Of a DNA stretch of 20,000 bases, positions 1-10,627 are shown piece after piece. The notes under the pieces were generated by a model. The model saw only the letters and a list, made by a program, of their open reading frames with translations, ran no database searches and had not been told where the DNA came from. This DNA is from Catajapyx aquilonaris (lineage: Eukaryota): contig KZ537973.1 of assembly GCA_000934665.2 (NCBI GenBank), positions 170,995-190,994 on the forward strand, read 5' to 3'. The translations under genes and the position numbers were made by a program. The stretch's first letter is position 1, and the number at the start of each line of letters is the position of its first letter.

Positions 1-258
1 TTCCTTCTGGCCCCCTCTCCCCAAGGGCCCATTTTTTGCCTGCTCGATCTACTCGTGCGTAGTACAGTATTACTCCAAAAAATAGGTCACTCGGTTTGGG
101 TCACCAGACACAAGAACCTATGGCTGATCGGATGAAGATATTGGCTTCCCTTCTATAGCCATCAAATCCTAATGATCATCAGCTACTGAATATACTATAA
201 ATGTTAATAAGGTGTGTTGTAAATCAGTAGCCTAGTAATAAAATAAATTGTCAGCGCA

Positions 259-420
259 GTGACTCATCACCAACGTGCATATAGTACTTCTTCCCCTCTG
301 AGAGCGGCAGGAGTGTGTAGAGAGGAAGAGTGCTCCATCTATGTGTATGGTATGTTACTACATGGACAGTCGGGGATTCGGGCAGTTTTTTGCCAAGTTT
401 TAGCAAGGAGTTTACTATAG
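259..420 (+). mobile_element. Non-autonomous Helitron-like repeat, copy 1
   Basis: Shares GTGACTCATCACCAACGTGCAT.TAGTAC...CTGAGAG.GGCAGGAGTGTG.AGAG with 1313-1481. Imperfect 3' hairpin TTGCCAA-gtt-TTAGCAA (390-406), then ATAG|T. The 5' boundary is uncertain. Confidence 0.65.
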
Positions 421-1312
421 TAAACATGAAATAAATAAATAATGGACACTACGAAAATAGATGAAAAAGAATGTTTGTGAACCGGAAGCCACCCATAAAA
501 CTGTATCCCCCGGATCCATACACCAAAGGGTAGGGGTTGGAGGTAATTTTGAGTATTTAGGACCGGTCCCAGTTGGGGTCCCTGATCTTCTGAAGGCCAC
601 GATGACTTACAATCCTTCGCAGCCAAAGAGCCTCTCGAGCAAGTTGGAATGGTCCATGAAAAGACGGCCTCCCCCTCTTTCCCTCCAAAAGCCAGCCTCC
701 ACTAGAAGAGCCCCAGATATATGAGTGACTGGCTAGCCAGCAATTTGAGCCGGGATGAAACGGGCTCTCATTAACCCCCCCCCCCCTCTACCCTTATAGC
801 CAACCCCCCTCCCCCTACTTCTTCTCTTTAAAGCATTTGCGCGCGGGTTCGGAATGCTCTGGCTGTCCAATGAATTGGAAGCCTCCTTTTCCGTCCATTC
901 AGACCCTGCCCCTATTTGCTATTCCGGCTTAGAATACCGCTAAAACCGGAGCCAGACAATTTCCACTCTCCAGGGAGGAGAGGGAGGAGAGCAATGTAAT
1001 TCTGCAAGTTTCGATTGTNGGGGGGGGGGACTGTAATAATAATAATTGGAGCAAAAGTTGAAGGGAAAGGGCCGTGTTATTTCAACAATGCGAATATTGA
1101 ACCCAAACTTTCCCCCTGGATATTGGCAGGAACCGACCGGTACAGACTGAGTCAAAATGTTGGCCAGTTCAGACCGTGTTTCATTATTATCGTATTATCA
1201 TATACAGAATTCACAATATGTAAACAAGTTGACTCATCACCTAGATAGTAATGATCATGCCTTTCACGTTCCCCATTCGCAATTAAAAGACAGAGTAGTA
1301 TAGCGCCCGGGT

Positions 1313-1481
1313 GTGACTCATCACCAACGTGCATGTAGTACCGCTTTCTCCCTGAGAGTGGCAGGAGTGTGCAGAGGGAGAGCCTATACGCCAACTGGTA
1401 CTGGCCTATCGCATACTACGCCCAAGTTGTGGGGCGGGGGCAAGCAGTGTTGCCAAAATTTGGCAACGGATCCGCTACTAG
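1313..1481 (+). mobile_element. Non-autonomous Helitron-like repeat, copy 2 (canonical 3' end)
   Basis: Perfect hairpin GTTGCCAA-aat-TTGGCAAC (1449-1467), 10 nt spacer, then CTAG (1478-1481) followed by T, which is the established Helitron 3' signature. Homologous to copies at 259 and 16630. The 5' end may lie further upstream (extra TGACTCATCACC at 1230). Confidence 0.72.
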
Positions 1482-2076
1482 TTAATAATAATTTCTATGG
1501 CGTATGATTTTCGTGTAAAGCTGTCAACGCCTGACCTGTGGCGATCAAATCCGGTTATTTTTAACGCCATTTACGATCATCGCCGTTATGTTCCTGATTC
1601 GCGTGCAGTCTACTTACGATAATGAATGACCGCATTCAGAGTGTGCAACAGGGTACGCAAAAATTGGGCGTGTTGGGAATGGAGGCCAGTTAGAGAACGT
1701 AATCCTCCCCCACCATTCTTTTGAAAATTCCAGGCAGTTAGAGGGGGGATATGGGCGTGCAGCGTTCAGCACCGGATTGTGTATTATTAAAAGAGAATTT
1801 GAGCAGGCTCCGGGTAGAGTGAGGGAGGAAGAAGAGTCCTCTCGGGATGGATATGGCTCCAGATGCTCCTCGCAAACTATAGTTAGCTGTTATGTACCCG
1901 CTGGCGCCCTTTTTTTTTCGGAAGGCAACAAATGCTTCCGGAGTTAGGCAGTTTGTGGGATGCGGCACGAGTGTTGGAGCATAAGGACCTCAAATGGCGT
2001 CCCCCCTCAGAACTGTGTCACTTACACGTCCAGAAGTAAACAGGAGCAGGCCTATATCATTTGGTAGCTTTAGGCA

Positions 2077-2219
2077 TGGCATTACCAACCCGTAGTCACG
2101 AATTGATCATCTGATTGCATGTCAACATGGAGCAATTCTGTTGGCAATAATGGAGAGTTATACCAGTAGGCTGGCATGTAATCAGATAATCAGTTTGTAT
2201 CTGCGAGTTGGTAGTACTG
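2077..2219. repeat. Fold-back inverted repeat (50-bp arms, 43-nt spacer), probably a decayed TA-flanked MITE
   Basis: 2077-2126 aligns ungapped to the reverse complement of 2170-2219 at 36/50 positions; the right end reads ACTG|TA. Confidence 0.75.
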
Positions 2220-2604
2220 TAATTGGAAACTAAATAGGGCATCGGGTCCATTACGGTGTAAATGACCTAAATTGCAGTGTATGCACCCACAGGTTTCTAT
2301 ACAGGCAGCAGCTTCCTTGTAACGTTACTGTGAGGATCTCAAGATGCGCTAAAGCTTCCTTAAAAATTAATGAACCATGAGCAAGTTGAATTTTCCAAGT
2401 GCCACCCCCGCGGGTGTAATTACACGGCGGCTCCTTAAGCATATACTGTAGTAACTATACAGGTCTACCGGGAGGACGTCGAATGTTACATCTGGTAATC
2501 TCATTTGTAAGCATAAAAATTGTAATTTTTCCCGCGAATTTATACCACTGTTTGTATATACATTTTAAAACCCCACAAGTTATGGTACATGGGCAGTCGA
2601 ATCC

Positions 2605-2680
2605 CCGAATTTTGTAATTTTGTAACCGAATTGTTAACCGAATTGTTAACCGAATAGTTGAATGAACCGAATTTTGTAAC
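2605..2680 (+). repeat. Short tandem array of (TTAA)CCGAAT(TG) units
   Basis: CCGAAT at 2605, 2626, 2638, 2650 and 2667; 12-nt period in the core. Confidence 0.8.
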
Positions 2681-3726
2681 ACAAGTGACCTAAAAATGTT
2701 GTCTCCACACAATCTGCCTTTTTTGTGGATTTTATGGGACCGCATGAGTTTCGCATAGGGAAATTGCGGATTTAAGTTGGTCGCAGTTTCGCGACATGAG
2801 TGCCTACAAAGTTTGAGCGAGCTTCAAATGTCGTTCCCAACAGGAAGATGCGATTTCACGTCAATTTATGGGGTTGTATTGGTCCCAGAACCAAGCATTT
2901 TACCTACTTAATGATATTAACCAGCCCATTACACCTGATGAGATGGCATATTGTGACGTGTCGTGAGTTTCACTGAATATTTTTGCTATATCGCTTCCAG
3001 ATTGTGCTAAGATCCTCAGCATGCACTGTACGACAGGTGAGCACTTGGCACGAGCTGATCGACACTGACATTACCTTCGATCAAGTCGTAACTAATTTTA
3101 AAGCACCGCTCAACTTTACGTCAGGAGAAGCGGAGGAGGAAAAAAAAAAAGAGCGCAAAAACTTTTATGGTGGAAGCCAGGTCGTTAATAGAAAATAGCG
3201 ATTTTTAGTGCCGCATCTTTTAGGCTAGAGCGTGTAATAACTCGCAGCAAAGTCACCGCCTGTTGATTGGTGGAGGAGAGAGTCAGCGGGTCATTTCCCG
3301 CTGACACAAAACGCGGCAGGCATTTAGGTGATTATCTCGCCGGCCGCGGGATCTAATTTGTACAGTTGATGAGTATAGCTTGGTGAGGCGTCCCATGTCG
3401 CGCTCCTTCAACCCCCTCCCCGGATACCCCCCCGGATTATAATGCAAACCAGAGCCGTCAGAAGAATGCAAGGGACCGTCCCACCTCTCCCGCAAATATT
3501 GATCATGGCGCCCATTTGGGTAATTTCACGCTCTTGTGCGCGACCCCGCCCCTTTTCGCGCCCAGAATATGGTGTCGCCAACAACACCCTTTCTCTCTGT
3601 CTGGTATTTTTTTTAGAGCGGTCCCGAGTTGTTTATTCCGGGTGGGCAAATTCCCCCGTGCGGTGACAGGGGACAGTTGTTGTGTCGCAAATTGGACACC
3701 GAGGGAGGTATACACCGCAAATTTTT

Positions 3727-3732
3727 TTTATT
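3727..3732 (-). promoter_or_regulatory. Candidate polyadenylation signal AATAAA of the LRR gene
   Basis: TTTATT on + strand ~60 nt past the stop codon; a second candidate lies at 3632-3637. Confidence 0.45.
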
Positions 3733-3790
3733 GCCCAAAAGTACTAAAAAAAACACAGTGGATTTGGAGCCCCCTCCTCCTCCCCATGGC

Positions 3791-4787
3791 TTAGCAAAGG
3801 ATCATGATGTCGTAGTTGTGATTGTGGAGCGATTGTTGCAGCAGACGCACTTCATGTCTGATCCCGTCGTCCTTCGTGCTGAAGACGAATCTCTGGAGGC
3901 CTGTGCAGTTGTTGAGAACCAAGTGTATGAAGTTCATGTCCATGTGGTCGCATGGAGGGAGATGCAGCTCCCTCAGGTGGACCATGCGGTTGTAGGCCGC
4001 CAGTATGTGAGCGAAGGTGGGCAGCACCGAGTCGAAGCTGACTCCATGAATGTTGAAGAGGGTCAGCAGGGTCAGATTGACCGCATGTCGCAGGCACAGG
4101 GGGATCAGAAGCTCGGGATTCCAGTACGAAGCTCGGACCTTCAGCTCTCGCAGTTGGGCGAACGGCTTCTCCTTCCACCAGCTCATGTCGTACGCACTGA
4201 CCTGCTCTATCTCGTCCATGTAGTAGGACCTCAACTCCAGGTCCTGCAAGTTGGGACAGGCCTTTCCCAGGAGGGACAGCTGCCTGGCGTGACCATCGTC
4301 GTTCAGGCGGATGGTCAGGGCGGTCAAATGCGACCCTTTCAGCTCCAAGAACCTGCACATACTGAAGGGGTCAGGCGCATGCAGGACATACACATGGAGT
4401 CGGCTCAGGGTCAGGTCGCTCGAGTACAATACTTTCCATGCTTCTGGAGGAACCTGCAGAGTAACCCTCCGATTACTAAAAACCCATCGCAACGTGCCCT
4501 GGTCCCCCAAAAGAACAAAAGAGAACCTTGCCCTTTCTGCGCTGATTTCCATTTCTGTGAGTCGAGGGCAGCGTCTGGCCACTGCCTCCAGATTGTCCGC
4601 GATGGGCTCGGTCACCCACATCTCCCTCAGATCCAGACTGGCCCCTTCCAGCCACTCCTTGTTCTCTCTTATGATGGAGCCCATCTGACGGTACCACACG
4701 AACCGGAGGCACGGAAGGTGCTTCAGAAGTTGCAGGAGCACATGGCGGATCATGGAGTCACGGTCTTGCAACATGGAGTCACGGCAC
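3791..4787 (-). CDS. Terminal coding exon 3 of the LRR protein gene (RNI-like/cysteine-containing LRR array)
   Basis: Acceptor cttcctttgcag|G at 4788/4787 is phase 2, matching exon 2; open to TAA ending at 3791. Repeated LxxLxL motifs: CPRLTEMEI, HLTALTIRL, ACPNLQDLEL, FAQLRELKV, NLTLLTL, HLRELHL, NCTGLQRFVF. Confidence 0.9.
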
Positions 4788-5158
4788 CTGCAAAGGAAGC
4801 TCGCTAAATAGAAAAATCCGCACAAAAATCTCTCTCTCCCCTTTTGAGCATAGAAGCAGCACGTGCTGGAGAAAAGGAGCGGACGATTTCAATGGCGAAT
4901 CGACGACCTCGCAAATATTGACCCGGCCTTTTGCATTGAATTTCCAGACGCGCCATGTTGACTCTGCTTCTCTCTTTTTATATATATATTTTTTTCGGAA
5001 ACGGGTGTGGGTGGATTGGGTGGAACTGCTGGAGTGATATAAAAAGCCCCAAAGAGGACAATGGATGTCGCGAAAAAAGGATTTGGGGGGGAACCTGGCA
5101 GGGGAACTGATTGGATTTGAATTTTGGCCAGGATGTGTCGAGCAGGGTATTTGCAAAC

Positions 5159-5289
5159 CTGCACTCGTCCTTAAATCCGTGGTAGTGTGGGAGGTCCAGT
5201 CGTTGCAGTTTGATGCAGTTTAGCAAGCACAGGAGGGACGTCGTGCTGGCCCTGCAGGCGTGATAATCACACTGGCTGCACCGAAGCTC
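5159..5289 (-). CDS. Coding exon 2 of the LRR protein gene
   Basis: Acceptor tttgtgcag|GAG after a 58-nt intron; donor AG|GTTTGC at 5159/5158 (phase 2). Splicing gives CPNLK-ELRCSQC, completing an LRR; the exon also encodes CIKLQRLDL. Confidence 0.85.
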
Positions 5290-5347
5290 CTGCACAAATA
5301 TGCGGTCACCATAAAGATGCGGATTATTGTATTATGTGTAGGCTGAC

Positions 5348-5821
5348 CTTCAAGTTTGGACAGTAGTCTCCGATGGCCTCCAGCACCTTATCCGAGAGAC
5401 CCCAGTTGGGTAGCGTGATCGACTGCAGGTGGTCCATCCTGGAGATGTGGTCTACGAAGAATGGGTGCATGTCGTCTTTGGAAGGCAAGTGTGTCCCCCA
5501 CATGAAGTCCAGCCTGACTGACCTGAGCCTAGGATGGAAGAGGCAGGCCAGGAGAATCCTGGGGTCCAACTTGCTGGCCATGTTCCGGATGTTCATGAAG
5601 TTGAGCTTGTCGTCGTGTGTCCGCTGCCACATCAGGAGGGCCAGGACGTCCGGCAACTGACCCACGGTCCTTTTGGACAGGTCTCGGCATCGCTTCCTGC
5701 AGGCGCTCTCGTCCCAGGGACCTGCATCCTCCTGGAACTTGGCAGCGAAGTTGATCATGACCTCGCATGCCTTGTCCAGGGCTAGCTGGAGGAGGAGGGG
5801 GCATTGCTTCAAAGGAGGCAT
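5348..5821 (-). CDS. Coding exon 1 of a 3-exon LRR protein gene (~533 aa); N-terminal BC-box/Cul2-box-like region and first LRRs
   Basis: ATG at 5821; ORF MPPLKQCPLLLQLALDKA...LQSITLPNWGLSDKVLEAIGDYCPNLK ends at donor AAG|GTCAG (intron starts 5347, phase 0). 474 nt = 158 codons. LRR-CC-like motif SDxxLxxIxxxCPNL. Confidence 0.88.
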
Positions 5822-5822
5822 C

Positions 5823-5866
5823 CTGAAAGGGGCACTCTAGAGGCCATTGTTGGTTGCTAGGATTAG
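5823..5866 (-). promoter_or_regulatory. Splice acceptor and branch point immediately upstream of the ATG (probable 5' intron)
   Basis: Minus strand reads ccctttcag|G ATG, with a CTAATC branch-like motif at 5866-5861, ~40 nt upstream. Confidence 0.55.
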
Positions 5867-8035
5867 GCAACAATAGCGGACAGTTGAGCAGCAAATGGTT
5901 TGTAATCCTCCAATAAGCGCAGACTATTGTCTGTGTGTCTGCCAAAGATGTCCTTTGATCTCTGACTTGAACAACCGGCCAATAGAAGGTGGGTTTAAGT
6001 CAGACAAAAATGAAAAAATTCGCGATAATCACCATAAACTGTCAAGGCAACAAGCCATTAACAAGAAGAAAATATAAGGAAAGCAAAATTAATCGAAAAA
6101 AGCACTTTATTGCGTTACCTCCCCGAAGTGCCATGGCCTTTTTTCCACACTTGATTGCCCCAACTGTGCCTCTATTTTTTTGTTGGGATTCCTCTGCATT
6201 ACGGTAGATTCGTCTGGATAAGTTTTCAGCACCGCGCAACCCATGTTGGCCTATCAGAATGCAGTATTTATCAGCTTAGCTTCGCGTATGCTTCCCCGAG
6301 GCAAGGGGTATGTGCCAATAATAATGAATATCTCAAGGCTGCTTTTCTGCGCCGTGAGATCCTCGGGGGGTTAATTTTTTGGCCGGAAATATATGCGGTG
6401 TACAGTAGCGCTTATTTCTTTTCTGAATGGGCTTGATAATGGCCTCCTTTCTTCCACCAACCTTCATCCCCCATCCAAAAGAGCACTCTTATATTCTCTC
6501 TTGAAAAGTATGAAAGAAAACCTTTGAAGGCATCGTTGTAATTATATCTTGTTAGTCAGCTCGGTGTCTGACGAAATAAGCTGCATTTACCGCATTAGGT
6601 ATTACACCATTTGTTCGCTTAGAAAAAAAAAGTTGGAAGTCGCATCAGTTTTGATAAACTGTAGCCAAGTATTGTAGTACGATGTGTTAAACCGCCTGTC
6701 TCCAATGTCGGGTACAGTTCAGCTGAAGCAAACTCTGTATTTTAAACTCGACCTCTGTAACGTCATGTCTCCCCCCTCGAAACATGGCAGAGAACAAAAG
6801 ACCGGGCCATTGTTAGGGAAGCATCGGATAATGGCAGCGCTGAGCAATCCGGTAATGGACTTAAGCGAGCACTTCCGCCCACAATCGCGTGACCTGATGG
6901 GTTAATCCCGATTAAAATCTGCAGTGTCTTTACGATCACTTTTGTGCACCCACTATACTAAGTAGAGACACTATATCTTCGGCTTTTTTGTGTGGCGCTC
7001 TCTCTATGCCCGGGGTACCCTAGGCCCCCCCATCCATCTCGTGATGTTTGCTGAAGCGAGTGCGGTCTGAAGTGCTATTCATCAGGTCCATGTCAGCTGA
7101 GAGTACATGCGGATGTGAATGGATAGGAGAGGGGGATAAGTCAGAAGAGGGGGGGATAAACCTTCTTTGTTCTCCGGCGCGATATCTGCCCTCATTTGAC
7201 GGTACCACTTCGCACAAAATGTCGACTTGGAATGTGGTTTTTAAAATGCACGTCACAGGACGGAATTCAGACGTTTTCTAACTTTAAACGCAGTGACTAT
7301 AAATTACAGAGATATCAGATGATCCTAGACTTGAAAAGACTATATACATTGAGCATCCTCCGTATATAGCAGAGCTCTCCATAATGTGTTTTCCAACTCA
7401 CGTACTGCACGTAATCCGATGTATCGAGGTTTTCGTTTACCCAGATGCAAATGTGATTTGCCATTCTCAAAGCGAGTGTTTCCACCACCCACTATCCACC
7501 CTCTCTCTATATCCCGGGGATGGGTTTGCGGTGGCGTCGTCACCATTTCCGCTGGCAAAACAGCCTCCATTCGATCTGACTCCGCGACCTGATACTACTG
7601 TAGATGAAATGCACTCATCGGTGTAATTGTAGCATTTCCATTCCTGCTACTCTCAGAAACTTTGGCAACTCCGCCAAGTTCAAGCAACTTTTTCTTTGGC
7701 GATTCTTGGCTCATTTGGAGGTTCCTTTTTGAGAGAAGAAGGACTGACCCCTCCCCCACCTTCCATCCGTCTTCTATCCGACAGGGCATTTCTGGGTTTT
7801 GCCTCCTTTCATTCATGTGCTCCCAAGCTCCTTTTCTGGAGGGAATGGAGGAAGGTCCAAGGAGGGAGCCATTGAATAGGCTCGCTCAAGGCAGACGAAG
7901 GAACCGGACACCCTTCTCAAGGCCTTGGGGGCAGCTGGATGCTCTCAAACATCTGGATCTTTCTCTCCTTTTTTTACAGTCCCACCATCCAGCGTCTAAA
8001 ACAAGGTCTAAAACCCTCTGTGGAAATTCCGTTCG

Positions 8036-8036
<1 letters not shown>

Positions 8037-8111
<75 letters not shown>
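8037..8111. repeat. (ATT)25 microsatellite
   Basis: 75 nt of perfect ATT repeat. Confidence 0.98.
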
Positions 8112-10567
8112 GGAAGGCAGGCAGGCAGGGATCGAAGTGTGAGAGGGAGGAGAGATACCTTTCTGGGGTAACGAGGTTATTAATAGGCCTAACACGCTCC
8201 GTAATGAAATTTTCATCGCATCCGGGAGAGGGAAACCGGAAAATCTTGGGCTTCCATTCATTAGTGCAATTTGTGAGGGGTCACGTATATATATACATCA
8301 GTGTGCTTTATAAGCAAGCAGCCTCCTCCTCCTGAAGCCTCTTGGGCAAATGGATGCTGCGGTCCAGCACTCTCCTTAGAGCGACGACCGGGGTCACTAC
8401 CTTATCATCGGGGACCTAAATTAGAACTCTGACATCAGTGATGCTTCGCATAAACTTGAGACTTTGACTTTGACAACCAAGAGTTTCACACTCTCAGAGG
8501 TCAGCCCTGGAGATGCGGCACTCAAAAGGATCCTTTCAAGTGCTCAGTTCCTAATGGACCCGGTTACGTACTGTAGAGGCTACTTTACAGTGAGAGTTCT
8601 GTTGCCGACGACATAGATAATTTTGCTGCTTCAGATAATGATGATCACAGGGTGTAGCGTCCAAGCTACAAGTAAAATAGACTTTTAATGACTTTCATTT
8701 TTATTTATCTTTTTATGGTGTTGATAATTGTATAGTCTATAGGGTATCTTTCTTCAAATTTGGTTGTGCTGTAGACAACTGAAACGAAGATTGTAATAGC
8801 GGACCATTACTGCCTCATGGTGGTGTGTCTCTGAAACGAGGCCAAAATTCACTCTATTGCATGAAAAAATCTGCTAACGACTATCCGTGTCTATCACGCC
8901 CACTAGGCACAGAAGCCCAGTCCTAATGACGTTCCCCACCCGATAGACGTCCCCAAGGAAATGGGTCTCTCGACAGGGGGAGCCATAACCGCCGTATCTT
9001 GGCCAGGAAATGGCTGCTCCTCTGCTTTGCCTGTAGAGGCGTCACGGATTCCACGCGTGGCTTGCCTCCCTGCCGCGTGTGATCGCTCATCTGCAGGTCT
9101 GTGAGCCGCACCAGATCGCGCCTCTATCTCTATGGGAAGGCAGACCAAGCGCATCTCATCTAATCACTTAGCAGCGCCGCACGGCTATTACTATACAAGG
9201 GCTTAGAGATAGGTCCGGATGCAGCAGCAGCTAACAGGATCATGTGCGCTAACGAACGCGGTTTTCCTTTTCACGGAGCCCGGTCCTTTTCTGCGGCCGG
9301 CCCCCAGGCACGCAGGGTTTAGGCCCGGCTCTAATTGGATGCTGGAGGGACCGTCGCGTCGGGGCTGCTGCTATCAGCAATGGGGGTAGCTGCTTGCTGC
9401 GTGATTCGTAATTAGCCCCAATGGTGGAAAAGAGCCGGATGAGACGCATGGCCGTTTGAAGGCTCAAAAGACTGCTTGTTGCTGCGAAACATGGCGGGCA
9501 TTCCTAATTGCGTAGCTAACAGCCACTAATAGCTGAGAGGATGGTAACTGCTCCGAATAGCTCTCTGAAAGAGAAAAAAACCTGTCCACATTCTGTCTTA
9601 TTATTGTGGTAGGCTTGGAAGCTGCTTTGAACAAAAGTTAGCACAATTAGAGGCTATATTGATCTTCTCTAGACCCCTTATTGTAGGGGCGTACTAATAG
9701 CATTAGCACTAATCAAGAGTGCTGTGGGATAAGACACCAGCTTAATAGATTTCAATTGTGGCGTGTTACGGTAGCTTGTAGCTGGTAACAACTTATAGTT
9801 GATCGCTGCTATTTCTGTCCGGACGATGGAGGAGCTAAAAATAACGGTCCTGTTTTGCCGGACCGGTTCTCGTCTTTCCTCTTCTAAGTTGCCGTAAACC
9901 AGACATATCGATTATGCGGACTGGTTTGTATCCTATTACGCGCCCGTTTCCGCTCGTTCACATCGAAAATCGGTTAGCTTACAAGAAATGGTGATGGTTC
10001 TTTTTATCGCATTGGCGCAGACGACTTCATTTCCTTTCACCGCACGTGCGATTGTGTTTTGCCAGCTTTTTATATCAAAAGAATATGCTGGAATCCGCGT
10101 CGCGGCTTGTATATGTTACTTCAAAATGCGGATTTTCTCTTCATTCTTTTTCGGGTAGTTGTGGTGAAGGGGATTCTCACGTCAGCTTTTCGAAGCAAAA
10201 AGCAAATAATATTCGTGTGTATACTCATTAGCGTCTAATGAGAGCCCTTTCGAATTGCTCGTTATAAATTTGACGCGGGGATATATGCACTTTTGTTTGC
10301 TTGCGTGTTTGAACAAAGCTTCAGTAGCGCACGTTTTTTTTTTGCGATTAACAAACACCCTGTGATCATAAATAATCGACGCCCCTGTTTTTACCAAGCT
10401 CGGTTCTTTTTTTAAAATAGCTAAACCGAAGGTCCACTAGCGTATAACTGCATGGTACACATTCAAACAATGTCATTGCACCGGTTGTAAGTTTAGTGGC
10501 TTACATTAGCGATAATGTTTGGATGCTTTTGGATGATATTACTGAATTCAACATGTTTTCGAAAAAC

Positions 10568-10627
10568 TTGGCAAGAGATGGCAGCACACATCATCGTACG
10601 ATGGTACGTGCTGCCATCTCTCGTTAG
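10568..10627. repeat. Near-perfect 60-bp palindrome
   Basis: AGAGATGGCAGCAC (10574-10587) / GTGCTGCCATCTCT (10608-10621) around a central CATCGTACGATG palindrome. Confidence 0.85.

Noticed and set aside
771..1029. Poly-C and poly-G tracts (G-quadruplex potential, TTAA-CCC piggyBac-like end) with an N at 1019
   Set aside because: Homopolymers are common across this window, there is no matching TIR, and the N suggests local sequencing uncertainty.
1618..1876. Open minus-strand frame between a TAG acceptor and a GTAAGT donor
   Set aside because: Weak acceptor, no recognisable protein features, and its end phase (2) does not fit the candidate exon at 701-611 (phase 1).
2605..2680. Repeat array considered as CRISPR-like
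   Set aside because: Units are 6-12 nt with no unique spacers, there are no cas genes, and the context is eukaryotic with spliceosomal introns.
3629..4807. 392-aa plus-strand ORF, and the shorter ORFs overlapping the LRR exons
   Set aside because: Antisense or alternative-frame shadow of the GC-rich LRR coding exon; V/Q/H-rich with no recognisable motifs.
4788..4825. ORF-track start MCGFFYLASFLC for the 344-aa ORF
   Set aside because: Non-ATG start lying in the intron polypyrimidine tract; the real exon begins at 4787.
7662..8261. ORFs with poly-I, poly-L or poly-N tracts
   Set aside because: Translations of the (ATT)25 microsatellite; no other coding evidence.
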